DNA of 64,000 nucleotides from positions 10,044,001 through 10,108,000 of the forward strand of contig NW_024704764.1 in assembly GCF_018977255.1 (NCBI RefSeq), in the 5' to 3' direction. A model generated the notes under the pieces. The model did no database searches. It was not told the origin of the DNA and saw only the letters and a program-made list of their open reading frames with translations. Positions 39,457 through 50,700 of the stretch are shown here, one piece after another. Origin of the DNA: Callorhinchus milii. Lineage: Eukaryota. The translations under genes were made by a program, and so were the position numbers. How positions within the stretch are numbered: the first letter of the stretch is position 1; each line of letters starts with the position of its first letter.

Positions 39457-40731
39457 ATGGGGACGGTGCTGTCGCTGTCGCCGAGCTACCGCAAGGCGGC
39501 GCTGTTCGAGGATGGCGGCGGCGCGGGGGCCGCGGCGTTGTCGGGACGTTACACGGCGGTGCCGGGCGGCAAGAGCGGCGGCGGCGGCGGCGGGAGGGGG
39601 GAGAAGGGCAATGGCGGCGGCAACGGCGGCAATGGCGGCGGCGGCGGGAAGCGGCACTCCATCATGTCGGCGCTGCCCTGGAAGCGCATCGCCGCCGTGT
39701 CGGCCAAGAAGAAGAGCAGTAAGAAGGTGACGCCGCTGCCGCCGCCGCCGGTGCCGGTGCCGCCGGTGTCGGGGACCGTGACTCACCTGAACAACCAGAA
39801 CCTGCGCAAGTCCCTGTCGTGCGCGAACCTACCGCCGGGGCCGGGCCTGGGCCTGGGCCTGGGTCAGGGCCTGGGCCTGGGTCAGGCTCCCACACCCGCC
39901 CCGGGCCGCGCCGACACCGGCGGCGCCACCACCACCACCAGCGGCGGCGGCCTCGCAGCACTAGGCCCGCGCCGCATCCTCGGCCTCGCGCCGACCCCTC
40001 CCCGGGCCGTGATCGCTCCCCCTCCGGCGCCGCCTCCACCCTCCTCCGCGGGGGGCCCGGGTCCGGGCCCGGCCCCGCCGCCGCCGCGCGGCTCCCCGAG
40101 GCGGGTGGTGGTGCAGGCCAGCACGGGCGAGCTGCTGCGCTGCCTGGGCGACTTCCTGTGCCGCCGCTGCTACCGGCTGAAGCGGCTGGCGGCCAGCGAG
40201 CCGGTGCTGTGGCTGCGCAGCGTGGACCGGTCGCTGCTGCTGCAGGGCTGGCAGGACCAGGGCTTCGTCACCCCGGCCAACGTGGTCTTCGTCTACATGC
40301 TGTGCCGGGACGTCATCCCGGCCGAGCTGTCCAGCGAGCAGGAGCTCCAAGCCGCCCTCCTGACCTGCCTGTACCTGTCCTACTCGTACATGGGCAACGA
40401 GATCTCCTACCCGCTCAAGCCCTTCCTGGTGGAGAGCTGCAAGGAGCTGTTCTGGGAGCGGTGCCTGAGCATCATCCGCCTGATGAGCGCCAAGATGCTG
40501 CGCATCAACGCCGACCCCCACTTCTTCACCCAGGTCTTCGCCGACCTCAAGAGCGAGTGCGCGGCGGCACCGGCGGCGCCGGCGGCACCGGCTCAGGAGG
40601 AGAGGGGCGGCGGGGAGAAGAAGAAGAAGGAGGCGGCGGCGGCGGCGGCGGAGCGGGAGAGGGAGAGGGAGAAAGAGAAAGAGAGAGAGAGAGAGAGGCC
40701 CCACCGGCTGCTCATCGGCCTGGACCGGTGA
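39457..40731 (+). CDS. CDK5R1: Cyclin-dependent kinase 5 activator 1 (p35), single coding exon, 424 aa
   Basis: [21 protein letters not shown]-terminus; [14 protein letters not shown]; activator fold [12 protein letters not shown]...[20 protein letters not shown]...[11 protein letters not shown]; C-terminal LLIGLDR; lies between PSMD11 and MYO1D as in human 17q11.2. Confidence 0.95.
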   Translation: MGTVLSLSPSYRKAALFEDGGGAGAAALSGRYTAVPGGKSGGGGGGRGEKGNGGGNGGNGGGGGKRHSIMSALPWKRIAAVSAKKKSSKKVTPLPPPPVPVPPVSGTVTHLNNQNLRKSLSCANLPPGPGLGLGLGQGLGLGQAPTPAPGRADTGGATTTTSGGGLAALGPRRILGLAPTPPRAVIAPPPAPPPPSSAGGPGPGPAPPPPRGSPRRVVVQASTGELLRCLGDFLCRRCYRLKRLAASEPVLWLRSVDRSLLLQGWQDQGFVTPANVVFVYMLCRDVIPAELSSEQELQAALLTCLYLSYSYMGNEISYPLKPFLVESCKELFWERCLSIIRLMSAKMLRINADPHFFTQVFADLKSECAAAPAAPAAPAQEERGGGEKKKKEAAAAAAEREREREKEKERERERPHRLLIGLDR

Positions 40732-40999
40732 CTCCGGCCGCCTCTGAGCTCGGGCTCCCTCCTTCCCTCCCTCCCTCCCTCCCTTCCCTCCCTCCGCCCC
40801 TCCGAAACGGAACCAATTCAAAAAAAGAATAATAGTGATAAAATAAACACGATCGGTAACGGTAATCGTGAACGAAGAAACAAAACGAAGGAAGGAGAAA
40901 GGGATGGATGAATGAATGAATGAATGAATGAATGAAAGAGGAAAAGGATAGGGGTGGGTGGGGGGGGGGAGGAGTGGGGTAAAAAAAAGAAAGCGAGAC

Positions 41000-41402
41000 G
41001 CGGATACGTTTCGCCCCGTAAAATACACAGTCACTTCACTTTGCAATCTATCCTGTGAAGCTTTTTGAGGCGTCTCGAAGACGTGATCAGGAGCCGTGTC
41101 AAATGCGAGGATAATAATAATTATCCCCTAATATATACGTCTGTATATATTATATATATAATATCCCCCCCTCAACTCTCCCCCCCCTCCCCCCATCCAC
41201 ACACACATATGTAAAACACACAAGCTCACCCCACTTTACGGGGTAAGAGTACACAGTCCCCACCTCCCCCCTCCTTCCCCTCAACTCTACACTATTTTAA
41301 AGTGTAAAAAAACACTTTATAGTATGTTCTGTGAAGCGCTTTGAGACGTCTTGACGACGTGATAAGGTGTTGTATCAAATGCGAGGATTATTTATCATTG
41401 TT
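41000..41402 (+). mobile_element. Two SINE tail remnants in the CDK5R1 3' UTR (~41000-41125, ~41310-41402)
   Basis: cgtttcgccccgtaaaatacacagtcac..tgtgaagc..aaatgcgagga; gttctgtgaagcgctttgagacgtc..gataagg..atcaaatgcgaggattatt. Confidence 0.75.
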
Positions 41403-41633
41403 ACTTGAGTGTAAGACTGACCCGCCCGCCCTTTTATTTTTTCTTTTGTTTTTGTTGGTACTTTTATTCCCCTCTGGAGACGGAGGGAGGGAGGGAGGGA
41501 AGGGAGGTGGTTGGTGAGGGTAGGGGTGGGGGAGAACCTTGGAAGAAAATGGATTTTCCTGTTACACAAGCAAAAAAAAATTGTTTCGGAACAAAATGTG
41601 GAAAAAAAATTCATCCATGAACAAAGCAAGGTT

Positions 41634-41664
<31 letters not shown>

Positions 41665-42271
41665 GGGTCTCGCGCGTGGTGGTTTATCTGCATGTCTGGG
41701 TATTTGTGCCCCTCAACTCTCACATTAAATCAGTATGAATGACTTTATACAGAAAACAAAACCAACGACAAGATGCCAAGGATGTGTTCGCGGATTCTGA
41801 CAGATGGTTCTTTTATTTTGGTGTGAAGCGTTTGATGAAGGATAAACATTTTTATCGAATATGGGGAGGTGCCGTTTTTTAATATTTTTTTTTGGGGGGG
41901 GGGGGGTGTCCACAAATGCACGATTTAATTCTCTGTGTTGCTCTCCCTGGAGTCGGAGAATTGGAAAGCTGCAAAAAAAAACAACAACAATGTGCCATTT
42001 TTCGACTGGAAGTCTTTGACATAGACTTTAGCTGTACATTTTTTTTGAAAGTGCTAATATATGAAGATGTTTCCCAGTGCAATTTGTTATTTAAGAGGAA
42101 CCCTGTTAACCAAACAGTGTTCTTTCCGTTGTACGTGTAGAGTGTATGTGTGTGTATGTGTGCGTGTACGTGAGTGAGCAAATGGAGGTTGATGTCACTC
42201 GATGCTGTAAACAGCGATAGCTGTACTTTGTGTTTTTAATTTTAATTTTTATTTATTTTTGTACTGTGATG

Positions 42272-42277
42272 AATAAA
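42272..42277 (+). terminator. Probable CDK5R1 polyadenylation signal AATAAA
   Basis: Follows a U-rich 3' UTR-like stretch; a GT-rich element lies downstream. Confidence 0.6.
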
Positions 42278-42529
42278 AAATGCACTGATCATTCATGACA
42301 GCTGGAGTGTGTTTGCGAGCTTTATTCGGGCCCCTGATGTGGGGTATTTCATGTGCTGTTTGAGTCTGAGCCTCAGTGCCACAACTCTAAACACTTTTCG
42401 TTCCAATCCCAGTATTTAGTCTTGTTCCCCCTTCCCCCTCCCAGCACAAGACGTGGTTTCTTTAGAGCGTTCAAATGCTAATTAGCAGCTGCCTACAGAA
42501 TTGCTTCCAATAGATAGCTTGTCCTGCTC

Positions 42530-42806
42530 ACCGTCCAGGCTGATGCTCCAGCGCAGTGCTTGGGGAGTGCTGCATTGTCAGAGGTGCTGCTCCAAAAGAG
42601 ACGAGAGTTTCTCTCGCTGTCCTGGCCGACAGTCCTCCAGATATAAAAATAAATTGGGTCATTCACTTCATGGCTGTTTATGCGCAAATGGGCTGGTGCC
42701 TTTGGCTGCAAAAACAGTCGCGTGACAGAAAATTCTACGATGCCCTTTGAGACGTTTGAATGTGACGCGCCGCTATGTAATAATGCCAAGTTTATTATTA
42801 TTATTC
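42530..42806 (+). mobile_element. Old Deu-domain SINE
   Basis: ccaggctgatgctccagcgcagtgcttggggagtgctgcattgtcagaggtgc, then gctgtttatgcgcaaatgggctg and the family tail. Similar old copies at ~56040-56270 and ~60500-60830. Confidence 0.6.
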
Positions 42807-43779
42807 TCACTTCTTACTTAAGAGGAGCTCAGCCCCGGTGTCTCCATCAGAAAGTAACCACAAATGTGGGCTCAATGGTTGTATGTTACTAACGTGTCCG
42901 TATGTACCTGGCATGATTTTTGTGCTGAAATTGATACAGATTGATGTTTGCCTCCCATGTGCAGTTATCTGATGATGTGGAACGATGCCAGATTCAGGAT
43001 CATGGCAGAGCTTTCAATCCCGTTTCTTCACAATTTCTCCCTGCTGCTCAATACCCTTACTCCCGAACTAGGGAATCTCTATCCCTTTTAAGCCCGTCAG
43101 TCTGAGACCACATCATTGTCCTTTATCGGACGGCGGGCAGGCGGGCGGGCGGGCGGCAGGCATGGCGGGCTGCGCTCCCCACAGATGAATAGCTAATCAT
43201 TTTGCCTGGACTTGTGGATGGGGGCTGGGGAGTGGTGACAGGCTCCAGTGTGTGTGTGTGGCGATTGATCGGAGGTTGTGTGTGTGTTGAAATCCCTGCA
43301 GATGCCTCCTGTTTACTGCCACCCCCTCCTCATAAAGAGATCACAACAGCCTCCAGCCCTACACACTCCGCTCACACCCCTCACCCCCTTTCCTGGCTCA
43401 AGTGTTTGTCAGCCCACTTCTAGCAGCCAAACTCATGACAAGCATATTGCTGCTGGTTTATTGGTTAAAAGGCCACATTTTTGTTTGTTGCGATCGCGCA
43501 GAGTTCATTTTAATTTAAAGTTGAGGGGGCACTGATGTGCGTAAATTGGCTTCCTCATTTCGCACACAAAACACTTAGTCACAGCATCGATTGGCTTCCC
43601 TTTCTGCAGACTCTGCTCAACTGTGGTTCGAGGCAGAGAATTCCACACCCCAACCAGCCTCGGTGCAGATATATATTTTTTTCTGTACAGCTCATCTTTA
43701 ATTCCTTTTGGTGATGATTTGAAAACCCATTCCCTCTGGTTCAGACTCTCTGATCAGTGGAAACAATCTGATTGTTTCT

Positions 43780-44282
43780 GCAGCCCATGTCCTCTCCTGC
43801 ACCAGGCTCCTCGACCCTATGGCCCCCATCCTTGCACAACTCCACTGGCTTCCTTTCCATCATTCAGAGGATACAGTTCATGGTCCTGGTCCTCACCTTC
43901 AAAGCCCTCCAAGGTCTTGCTCCCCACTACTTCTGCAACCTCCTAACCCCCTACCATTCTGTTCACCTCTTCCACTCAGCGGGCTCCGGCCTGCTTCACG
44001 TCCTCTGCCTTGCTCGCTCCACTATCGGCAGACGGGCCTTCTGCCACTCTGCCCTCACCCTCTGGAACTCCATCCCACATCCCTCTGCCTCGCCCGCTCC
44101 CTCGCCACCTTCAAGACCCATCTCAAGACCCTCCTCTTCGACCATGCTTTCGATCTCCCTGCTCCGCCCCTGCCCTCCCCCACTACGACCCCCAACTAGG
44201 GTCCGTAACTCTGTCTGTCCAGCTCCTCGGGTTGTCCTCCCGATGTGAAAAGTGCTTTACAAACGTAATTTTGTTGTTGTTG
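43780..44282 (+). mobile_element. L2 LINE 3' region (longest copy here), frameshifted RT C-terminus
   Basis: APILAQLHWLP / VLTFKALQGLAPHY..GRRAFCHSALTLWNSIP / LATFKTHLKTLLFDHAF across frames; (gtt)n tail. Confidence 0.9.
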
Positions 44283-46067
44283 ATATTGATCCGGTCAGAA
44301 ACCTTCAACCATCACAAACACCTTGATCAGGTCACCTTCTCAGCTCCAGTGTACAAAAAAGCCCAAACTAGATAGATTTCTGTCGAGACATCTCACAGCG
44401 CTTCACAGAATATACTGTAAAGTGTGTTGACTGTGTATTTTGTGGGTGAAAATATGCTACAAAGTCAAGGGTTTCTTGGGAATTTTTTTTAATTCATGAA
44501 GAGCACTAATATTTTTTCAGTTTGGAACAAAGCGTTTATGAAAATAAAGTGATTTTACTGTATATCCTATACCAAGGAGATAACATGAATAAAACACATC
44601 AGAAATACAATTAAATTACAAATGTTTTTAAAAAAAATGCATATCAAACAAAGCTCCCACCATAAACTTTGGTTTTAATCAAAAACAAAACAACAAAAAG
44701 TTTAATTTTGTGTAAAAAAAACAGCGGTCCCGACACTGTTTAGTAACAAGAATCACTTTCCTGGTTAACCCAATGGTATAAAGTCAATTCTAAATATAAA
44801 GCTGATTTATACATGATAAATTAGAGATTAAATAAATCGTTTCATTACACATTGGCATTGCCGAAAACAAGCACTATATTCCACTGAGCGGCAAAACAAT
44901 CGCTTAGCGACCTCGATACTAGGCTATAAAGAGTCCTGACAGGTAGTGCAGTGTTGAAGGCACTTGAGTCCACTTCTGTGTTTGGGGGGAAATCTAATGC
45001 TGGCGTCCCACAAACATCAGGGGTGCATCATTAAAAAAGCTGCTGGATGGCGATCAGTTTTGTTTGGGGAGGGGTGAAAAAGAGGCATGTTTGCAGCGAT
45101 TATTCCAATGCCATCACTGGACATCCTTCCTCATTGCAGATGGTTGGAATCGCTTGCTGCCCCTTCAGAGGGGGAGGGAGGGGGAGCTGGCATACTGCCC
45201 GGGGGCTGTGTTGACTCAGTCTGTGTTGCCTTTCCGAGTCTCCGAAATTAATCTTGAAGCTGTTTTTCTTATCATGAGTTTCTGTTAAGAAGTCACGACT
45301 AATATTCAACAATTGGCTGAGTTCTGGGAAGCTTGGATACACGACCCTGACACCGAGAGGAGTAACCCAGAGCCAGGCATCCCTCTGGCCCGGCTGCCCT
45401 GCTCCCACTAACTCCTGGAGCTCGGGAACTCTCCGGGCCAGTCTTGGAGGACATCGTCAGCGCAGACCAGCAGCGCTGGGACATCCTGCCCTCGCCAGCA
45501 AACCAGAGAGCTCCAAACCATGAGCAGGATGTAACTGGCGGTGAGGGCCATGGGGGGAGTGTTATTGCTAATGAAGTGTTGAGAGTCGTGCACCTCCAAC
45601 AACAGAATTCTGAGACATGTCTAAGCACTGGACTCGGGAGCAGTGTGTGGGTTGGATCTACTCAGCCCTTTACCCTTCTGAGGTCAATAAATATGTTCCT
45701 TCCAGAGGCGAGGATGGATGGGGGTGGGGATGGGAAAAGGGGGTGGGGGGGAGTAGGGAATGCTTTACATTCGACTGCGCTGGGATCTGATCTGAAAAAT
45801 GATTTAAAAGATAAAAATGAAGGATTAACCTCTCAATTTTCAGGCCACTTTCTCACACGCTGTTTAATTGGCTAATCCCAACCTCACTGCCGGAAAAATA
45901 GACCTTAATGAGTGTCTCTGAACGACAGACAGTGAAGATGGGAGGTGAGGGTGGATGGGCAGGGCTGGGGGCCGGGTTGGGGGGCAGGGCAGGGATGAAG
46001 TCCATGGGGTGGGCTTGGTTTGGCTTGGCAGCAGATGGGAGGAGAGGAGGGGAGGCCTGAGCCAAGC

Positions 46068-46227
46068 TCACTGAGCCCCAGGCCAACACAGGATGTACCC
46101 TGAGCGGGTTTTGGTGAAGTCGGGGTGTTGTTGGTTGATCTTGGTCTCCACGGTGATAGAGCAGGCCTTCCCGTTCATGGTGCAGTGGATGGGATTTGAT
46201 GCTTTGACGTGAAGCTGACGATTCTCA
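46068..46227 (-). CDS. MYO1D: Unconventional myosin-Id, last coding exon (160 nt incl. stop)
   Basis: ttacag|T GAG AAT; SENRQLHVKASNPIHCTMNGKACSITVETKINQQHPDFTKTRSGYILCWPGAQ-TGA; TH1 C-terminus. Confidence 0.92.
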
Positions 46228-47214
46228 CTGTAAACGGAAAAATAAACACCAATTAGTTCGGCATTTGGTTGCAAATCCATCCGATAATCTGTTCACTCAG
46301 TCCACGACTGTGTGTGTGGGGGGCACTGCTGTGTGCGATTAGCTTCCACGTTTCACCTACAAAACATACAGTCAATGCAGTTTACAAGTATATCGTGTGA
46401 AGCTCTTTGAGACGTCTCAACGAGGTGATCAACAACAACAACTTGGATTTATATAGTGCCCTCCATGCCAGATGGCGTCTCAGAGCTTCACAGTAACGGA
46501 TCCCGGGACCGACTGGAATGGAATTGCACTCTCTCTCTCTCCCTGGAGGGACACATCCTGCTCACCTAATCCCGGAAAGTATTAGACGCAGGTTGGCGTG
46601 AGCCAAGCCTGGGGGAGGGGGGAGCCCAGAGTGTGTTGGGGGTAATTGCTGGAGTCTAACCAGCTAAAACCATATATTGCCCGTTCCTTTACCGGAGTTG
46701 AAGTGTGACGAGACACCGGTCCCATTTATCATAGTTGTCCTGTATTAATATCCCAGCAGCTAATGGAGGCTGTGGTCAGACTCTGTCCCTCGCGTCTCAT
46801 TAATTAGACATTTCTTTGTTGTAAAGCTTGAAATTCTTTTATAACAGATGAGGAACCTGGGAATAGAGCCGGGGTGTTAGTCACCGGGGGGGATGATGGA
46901 TTTATGGGTCTCTCCCGGAGAGGGAGGGGGCAGACATTCACATCAGATGCTGTACTCTGTATTATTGGGCCTAAAGTAGTGTTAAATCAGTAAAGGCTTG
47001 TGCTCATGTCTGGTTACTGGCAATTATTATTAATTATAGTTGCCATTAATTATATAAATTATAATTACTATTGGAAAGTGTAGTAACAGCCACCGCACTT
47101 TGCAGTATATTCTGTGAAGTGCTTTGAGACATCTCGACAATGTGATAAGACGTCATGTCAAATGCTATATCAAATGCAAGGATTATTATTATAAAGGAAC
47201 GTCGCAAATTAGCT

Positions 47215-47353
47215 TGCGTTCTGACGAAAGGTCTTTGAGCTGAAACGTCGACTCACTTTCCTCTCTCCATAGATGCTGCCTGACCTTGCTGAGGGTTCCC
47301 AGCAACTTTTGTTTTTATTTCACATTTCCACCAGCTGCAGTATTTTGCCTTTT
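47215..47353 (+). mobile_element. Penelope-type (PLE-derived) short insert with a 14-bp TSD, nested in a SINE
   Basis: ctgacgaaaggtctttgagctgaaacgtc..cctctctccatagatgctgcctgaccttgctgag..; flanked by gtcgcaaattagct (47201-47214) and gtcacaaattagct (47354-47367). Family assignment recalled from chondrichthyan repeats. Confidence 0.65.
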
Positions 47354-50300
47354 GTCACAAATTAGCTGTCGCATTCGTCCACAAATGATGCTTCACAGTA
47401 AAATCCTGCAAAGTGCTTTGAGACGTCGAGAAGATGTGATGAGGAGCGATATCGAATGCAAGGTTTATTATTCTTGTTATTAATTTTAGTGACCAGGCAT
47501 TGAGTAACCAGAGCAGCAGCTCATTAAGTAGCCACGGTTTATTGAGTTTAGCTCAGTGGTGAGGGCAGAGACAGCTGGGGGATTGGGGGAGCTGCAGGAC
47601 CTCACACTTTCATCCTCTTCCCATCTGCTTCCTCATGCCAGAGAGACAGACAGAGAGAGAGAGAGACACACACACACACAGCTTTCATCTTCTAGCTTTC
47701 CTTTGGCTGCGAGTGTTTTTTTTCATACAAAACACACACGCACACACACACACAAAATCTTTGTGGTTCCCGTCCTCATTAAGGTGACAGATGTCAGTAG
47801 TGAAACCGGCAAATTATGCAGTTTCTTTATTGTAAGAATCTTTCCAAACACTTCCCATTCCTCCTCCCCCACCTCCCCCTCCCCCAATTCTGACTTTCAA
47901 ACCTAGTCAAGACACAAAGGGACACAAAAGTCTCCTCTTTTAAGTCCAGTCTCCTAGGTTTGCTAATAATAATACTTTCAATCTGATGTAGGACCTGATC
48001 ACGTTGTTGAGATGTCTCAATGCGCTTCACACGATTTACTGTCCGTGTGAACTTGACAGCAGACTTACACACAGCCATTTCCGCCCCACAAACAGCCACT
48101 AAGTGAATGTGGGGATTAAATTTTGAGGGGGGGGGAGCGGGAGGATTGTCAGCCGGGGCTCATGACTGCACCCGAAGACTTGCCTGCCGGTCGGTGCCTC
48201 CTGTAGAGCAGTGAGGAGCTTCACAAAGCACAGCCTCTTAGCTGTAAATGAGACAGAGCGCGGATGGTGAAGGAACCCATTCATTGGGAGGTCGGGGGTG
48301 GGGGGTGGTGGGGGGGAGGCAGCAAGCTGCCTTTGCTGCCGCTAATGGCCGGCGAGCTTGTGCTCAGATGATTTAAGTGTTGAGGATAAGTGGAATTATG
48401 AACAGCGTCACATCGCGGCTACAGCACTCGTGTGGGCTGTCATCTTCAACAGAGCTGCGCGTGTGTGTGTGTCTGTACGTGCAAATATCTGCATGTGTGA
48501 GTGCGCGGGTTGGGTGTGTTTCACTGTGCTTGTGTCAATCTGATCACAGCAGCAGCAACAATGACGTACATTTTACACAACGCCCGTCTTTTCACGTGGG
48601 GAGGACGTCCCAAGGCGCTGGACGGTCAGGGATTCAGAACCGAGCTGGGGGTTGGGATCAGGAGGCACGCGTGTGTGAATGAGCTTGTGTCTGCGTGCGT
48701 GTGGGTGTGTATGGGGGAGGGGTGCGGGGGGGAGGGAGGGGCGGGGGTTGGGTGTGGGGTGGGGGGGCAGAGGGTGTTGCTCTGCCCTGCCCCGTTCCGC
48801 TGGCTGCTGCCTGCACAATGCACAGAGACACCAATGATCTGCTGAGCTGCCTCCCTCCCCGCCACGGGCTGTGAGCAGATGGTGGGGACGGCAGACAATG
48901 AGAGCACTGACCCTTCAGTGGGGCACAGGCTGGACAGCTTGTGTGTTAAAGGAGACGGAGCCACATTAAAGGCGAGGTCACGCCAGCTCACAATCTGCTG
49001 AGCCATCGACTGGGCGTGCGAGCGAGTGAGCGTGTGTCTGCTCGCCACTGTTGTGACTGCAGTGTCCATGGCCACTGATGCTGCCAGACGTCCAGTCACA
49101 CTATAGCCAACCCCATCGCCCACTCACTGCAGCTGCACCTCTCCCCCCCCCCCCCCCCGCCGCGCCCTGGCCAACAATCCCCCCCCAAATATAACTGGGC
49201 ATTTACTTTCCTGTGCCGGTTCCTGTGCGCAAATTGGCTGCTGGGCTTACTAGCAGGAACTGGGGGAGGGGCACGGAAGCTGGGGGATGAGGGGCAGGGA
49301 AGCCAGGGCGGGGCAGGGATGCTGGGGTTTGCGGGGCAGGGAAGCCGGGACATTGAAACCGCTCCTGATTCTTGCCTTGCTTTCGGGGGAAATGGAAGCT
49401 AAATAAACAAGAGAGAGAGACAGACAGACAGAGAGAGTTAGAGAGGGAGGGAGGGAGGGATTGGGGTAACAGTGAGGAGATAAATAGAAAGGAGGAAAGG
49501 CGTGTGTGAGGCCCATTCGGCTGCACCGACTCAATTGACTGGTTCAACGAGCTGATTGATATTCAGGAGCAATCAGAAGCTGGAGTTTTATTCCTGTTTT
49601 GTTTGCTTCACATAGACTACTTTTCTATCTATCTATATTTTCTATGCTCTCCTCTCCGCCACCAGAGACACAAGAAACTCTCCGCCCCCCCACTAGGTTA
49701 CGCTGACAGGAAAGCCAGCCACAGATTCAGTCTTTGAATGGATGATACAATTCAACCTGAAGCCTGGGGTTTTGGGTGAATATTCCTGTCATTCGGCCCT
49801 TTGTGACAATGGTGTCTCACCCTGACTGAGGTCTGTCTACAGTGCGTCCGTCTGTATGTGTGTGTCTGTGTGTGTGGCTCAGACACTCACTGGACACTTC
49901 ACGTCAGCCTCTCGTGTCCGCTATATAATCACAACAACTCCGTTATCCGCTTGGAACAAACGGTGTCTTGTCGTCAGCCGAGGCTGGAGATGAACATGTA
50001 ATCGTGTTTTCCAATCCCCTGTTATCACCAGCACAGCAGCATTTCTATAGCTTCCAGCCTGTGCCTTGCAAACTCCCCGTTCTTCATTCACAGAACTCTG
50101 TCAACACTAACCAGACAAACAAGCCACGCTAATCAGATCGGGATTAGAGAGCTCCAGTGTGGGAGAGAGAGAGCAGGGAATGGGAGTGGAGCAGCTCCAG
50201 TGGGAGAGCAAGACCCAGCACAGACACAGTCTAGGTTAGGTTGGGGGATTAAGCTATATCTAGTGAAACGGCTGCTGGAGAAGAGATCAGTCACTGTCCC

Positions 50301-50524
50301 AGCCCCTCCCCGGGGATTAATAGACACTTCACGTTGAGTGGGGTTTAAGGGGAGATGATAAAAGACCTGTTCAAAGTGCCACCAAACAGAAGTTTTAGCA
50401 GCTAAATGCAATAAGAGGATTATTTCCACACGGATCAGCAGATTAAGAGGCTTTGATATGTTCACTCCAACGGGACGGTATGTGTGAGCCATGTATAAAC
50501 CCAGCAATGAGCCCACGCGTGCGA

Positions 50525-50700
50525 GCAACTATTTTGTGGACGAAACGCGGCAGCCAATTGCACACAGCAGCGTCCCACAAACAGTCGTGGATTGAGCGAC
50601 CAAATTATTATTATTTTTTTTAGAGCGATTATTACCCCAGGAAAAGTGATCCACCAATCGACTAACAAGCGGGTTCCTACTTACTGCGAGGTAAACAGAG
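50525..50700 (-). mobile_element. SINE central fragment
   Basis: gcggcagccaattgcacacagcagcgtcccacaaacagtcgtggattgagcg..gaaaagtgatccaccaatcgactaac. Confidence 0.8.

Noticed and set aside
38345-39722. 302-aa antisense ORF (VADV repeats) and 207-aa sense ORF (PPNYQ repeats)
   Set aside because: Translations of the CATCTG array and the minisatellite; non-ATG starts; no recognisable homology.
39819-41046. Overlapping 337-aa alternative-frame and 361-aa antisense ORFs on CDK5R1
   Set aside because: Expected shadows of a very GC-rich coding sequence.
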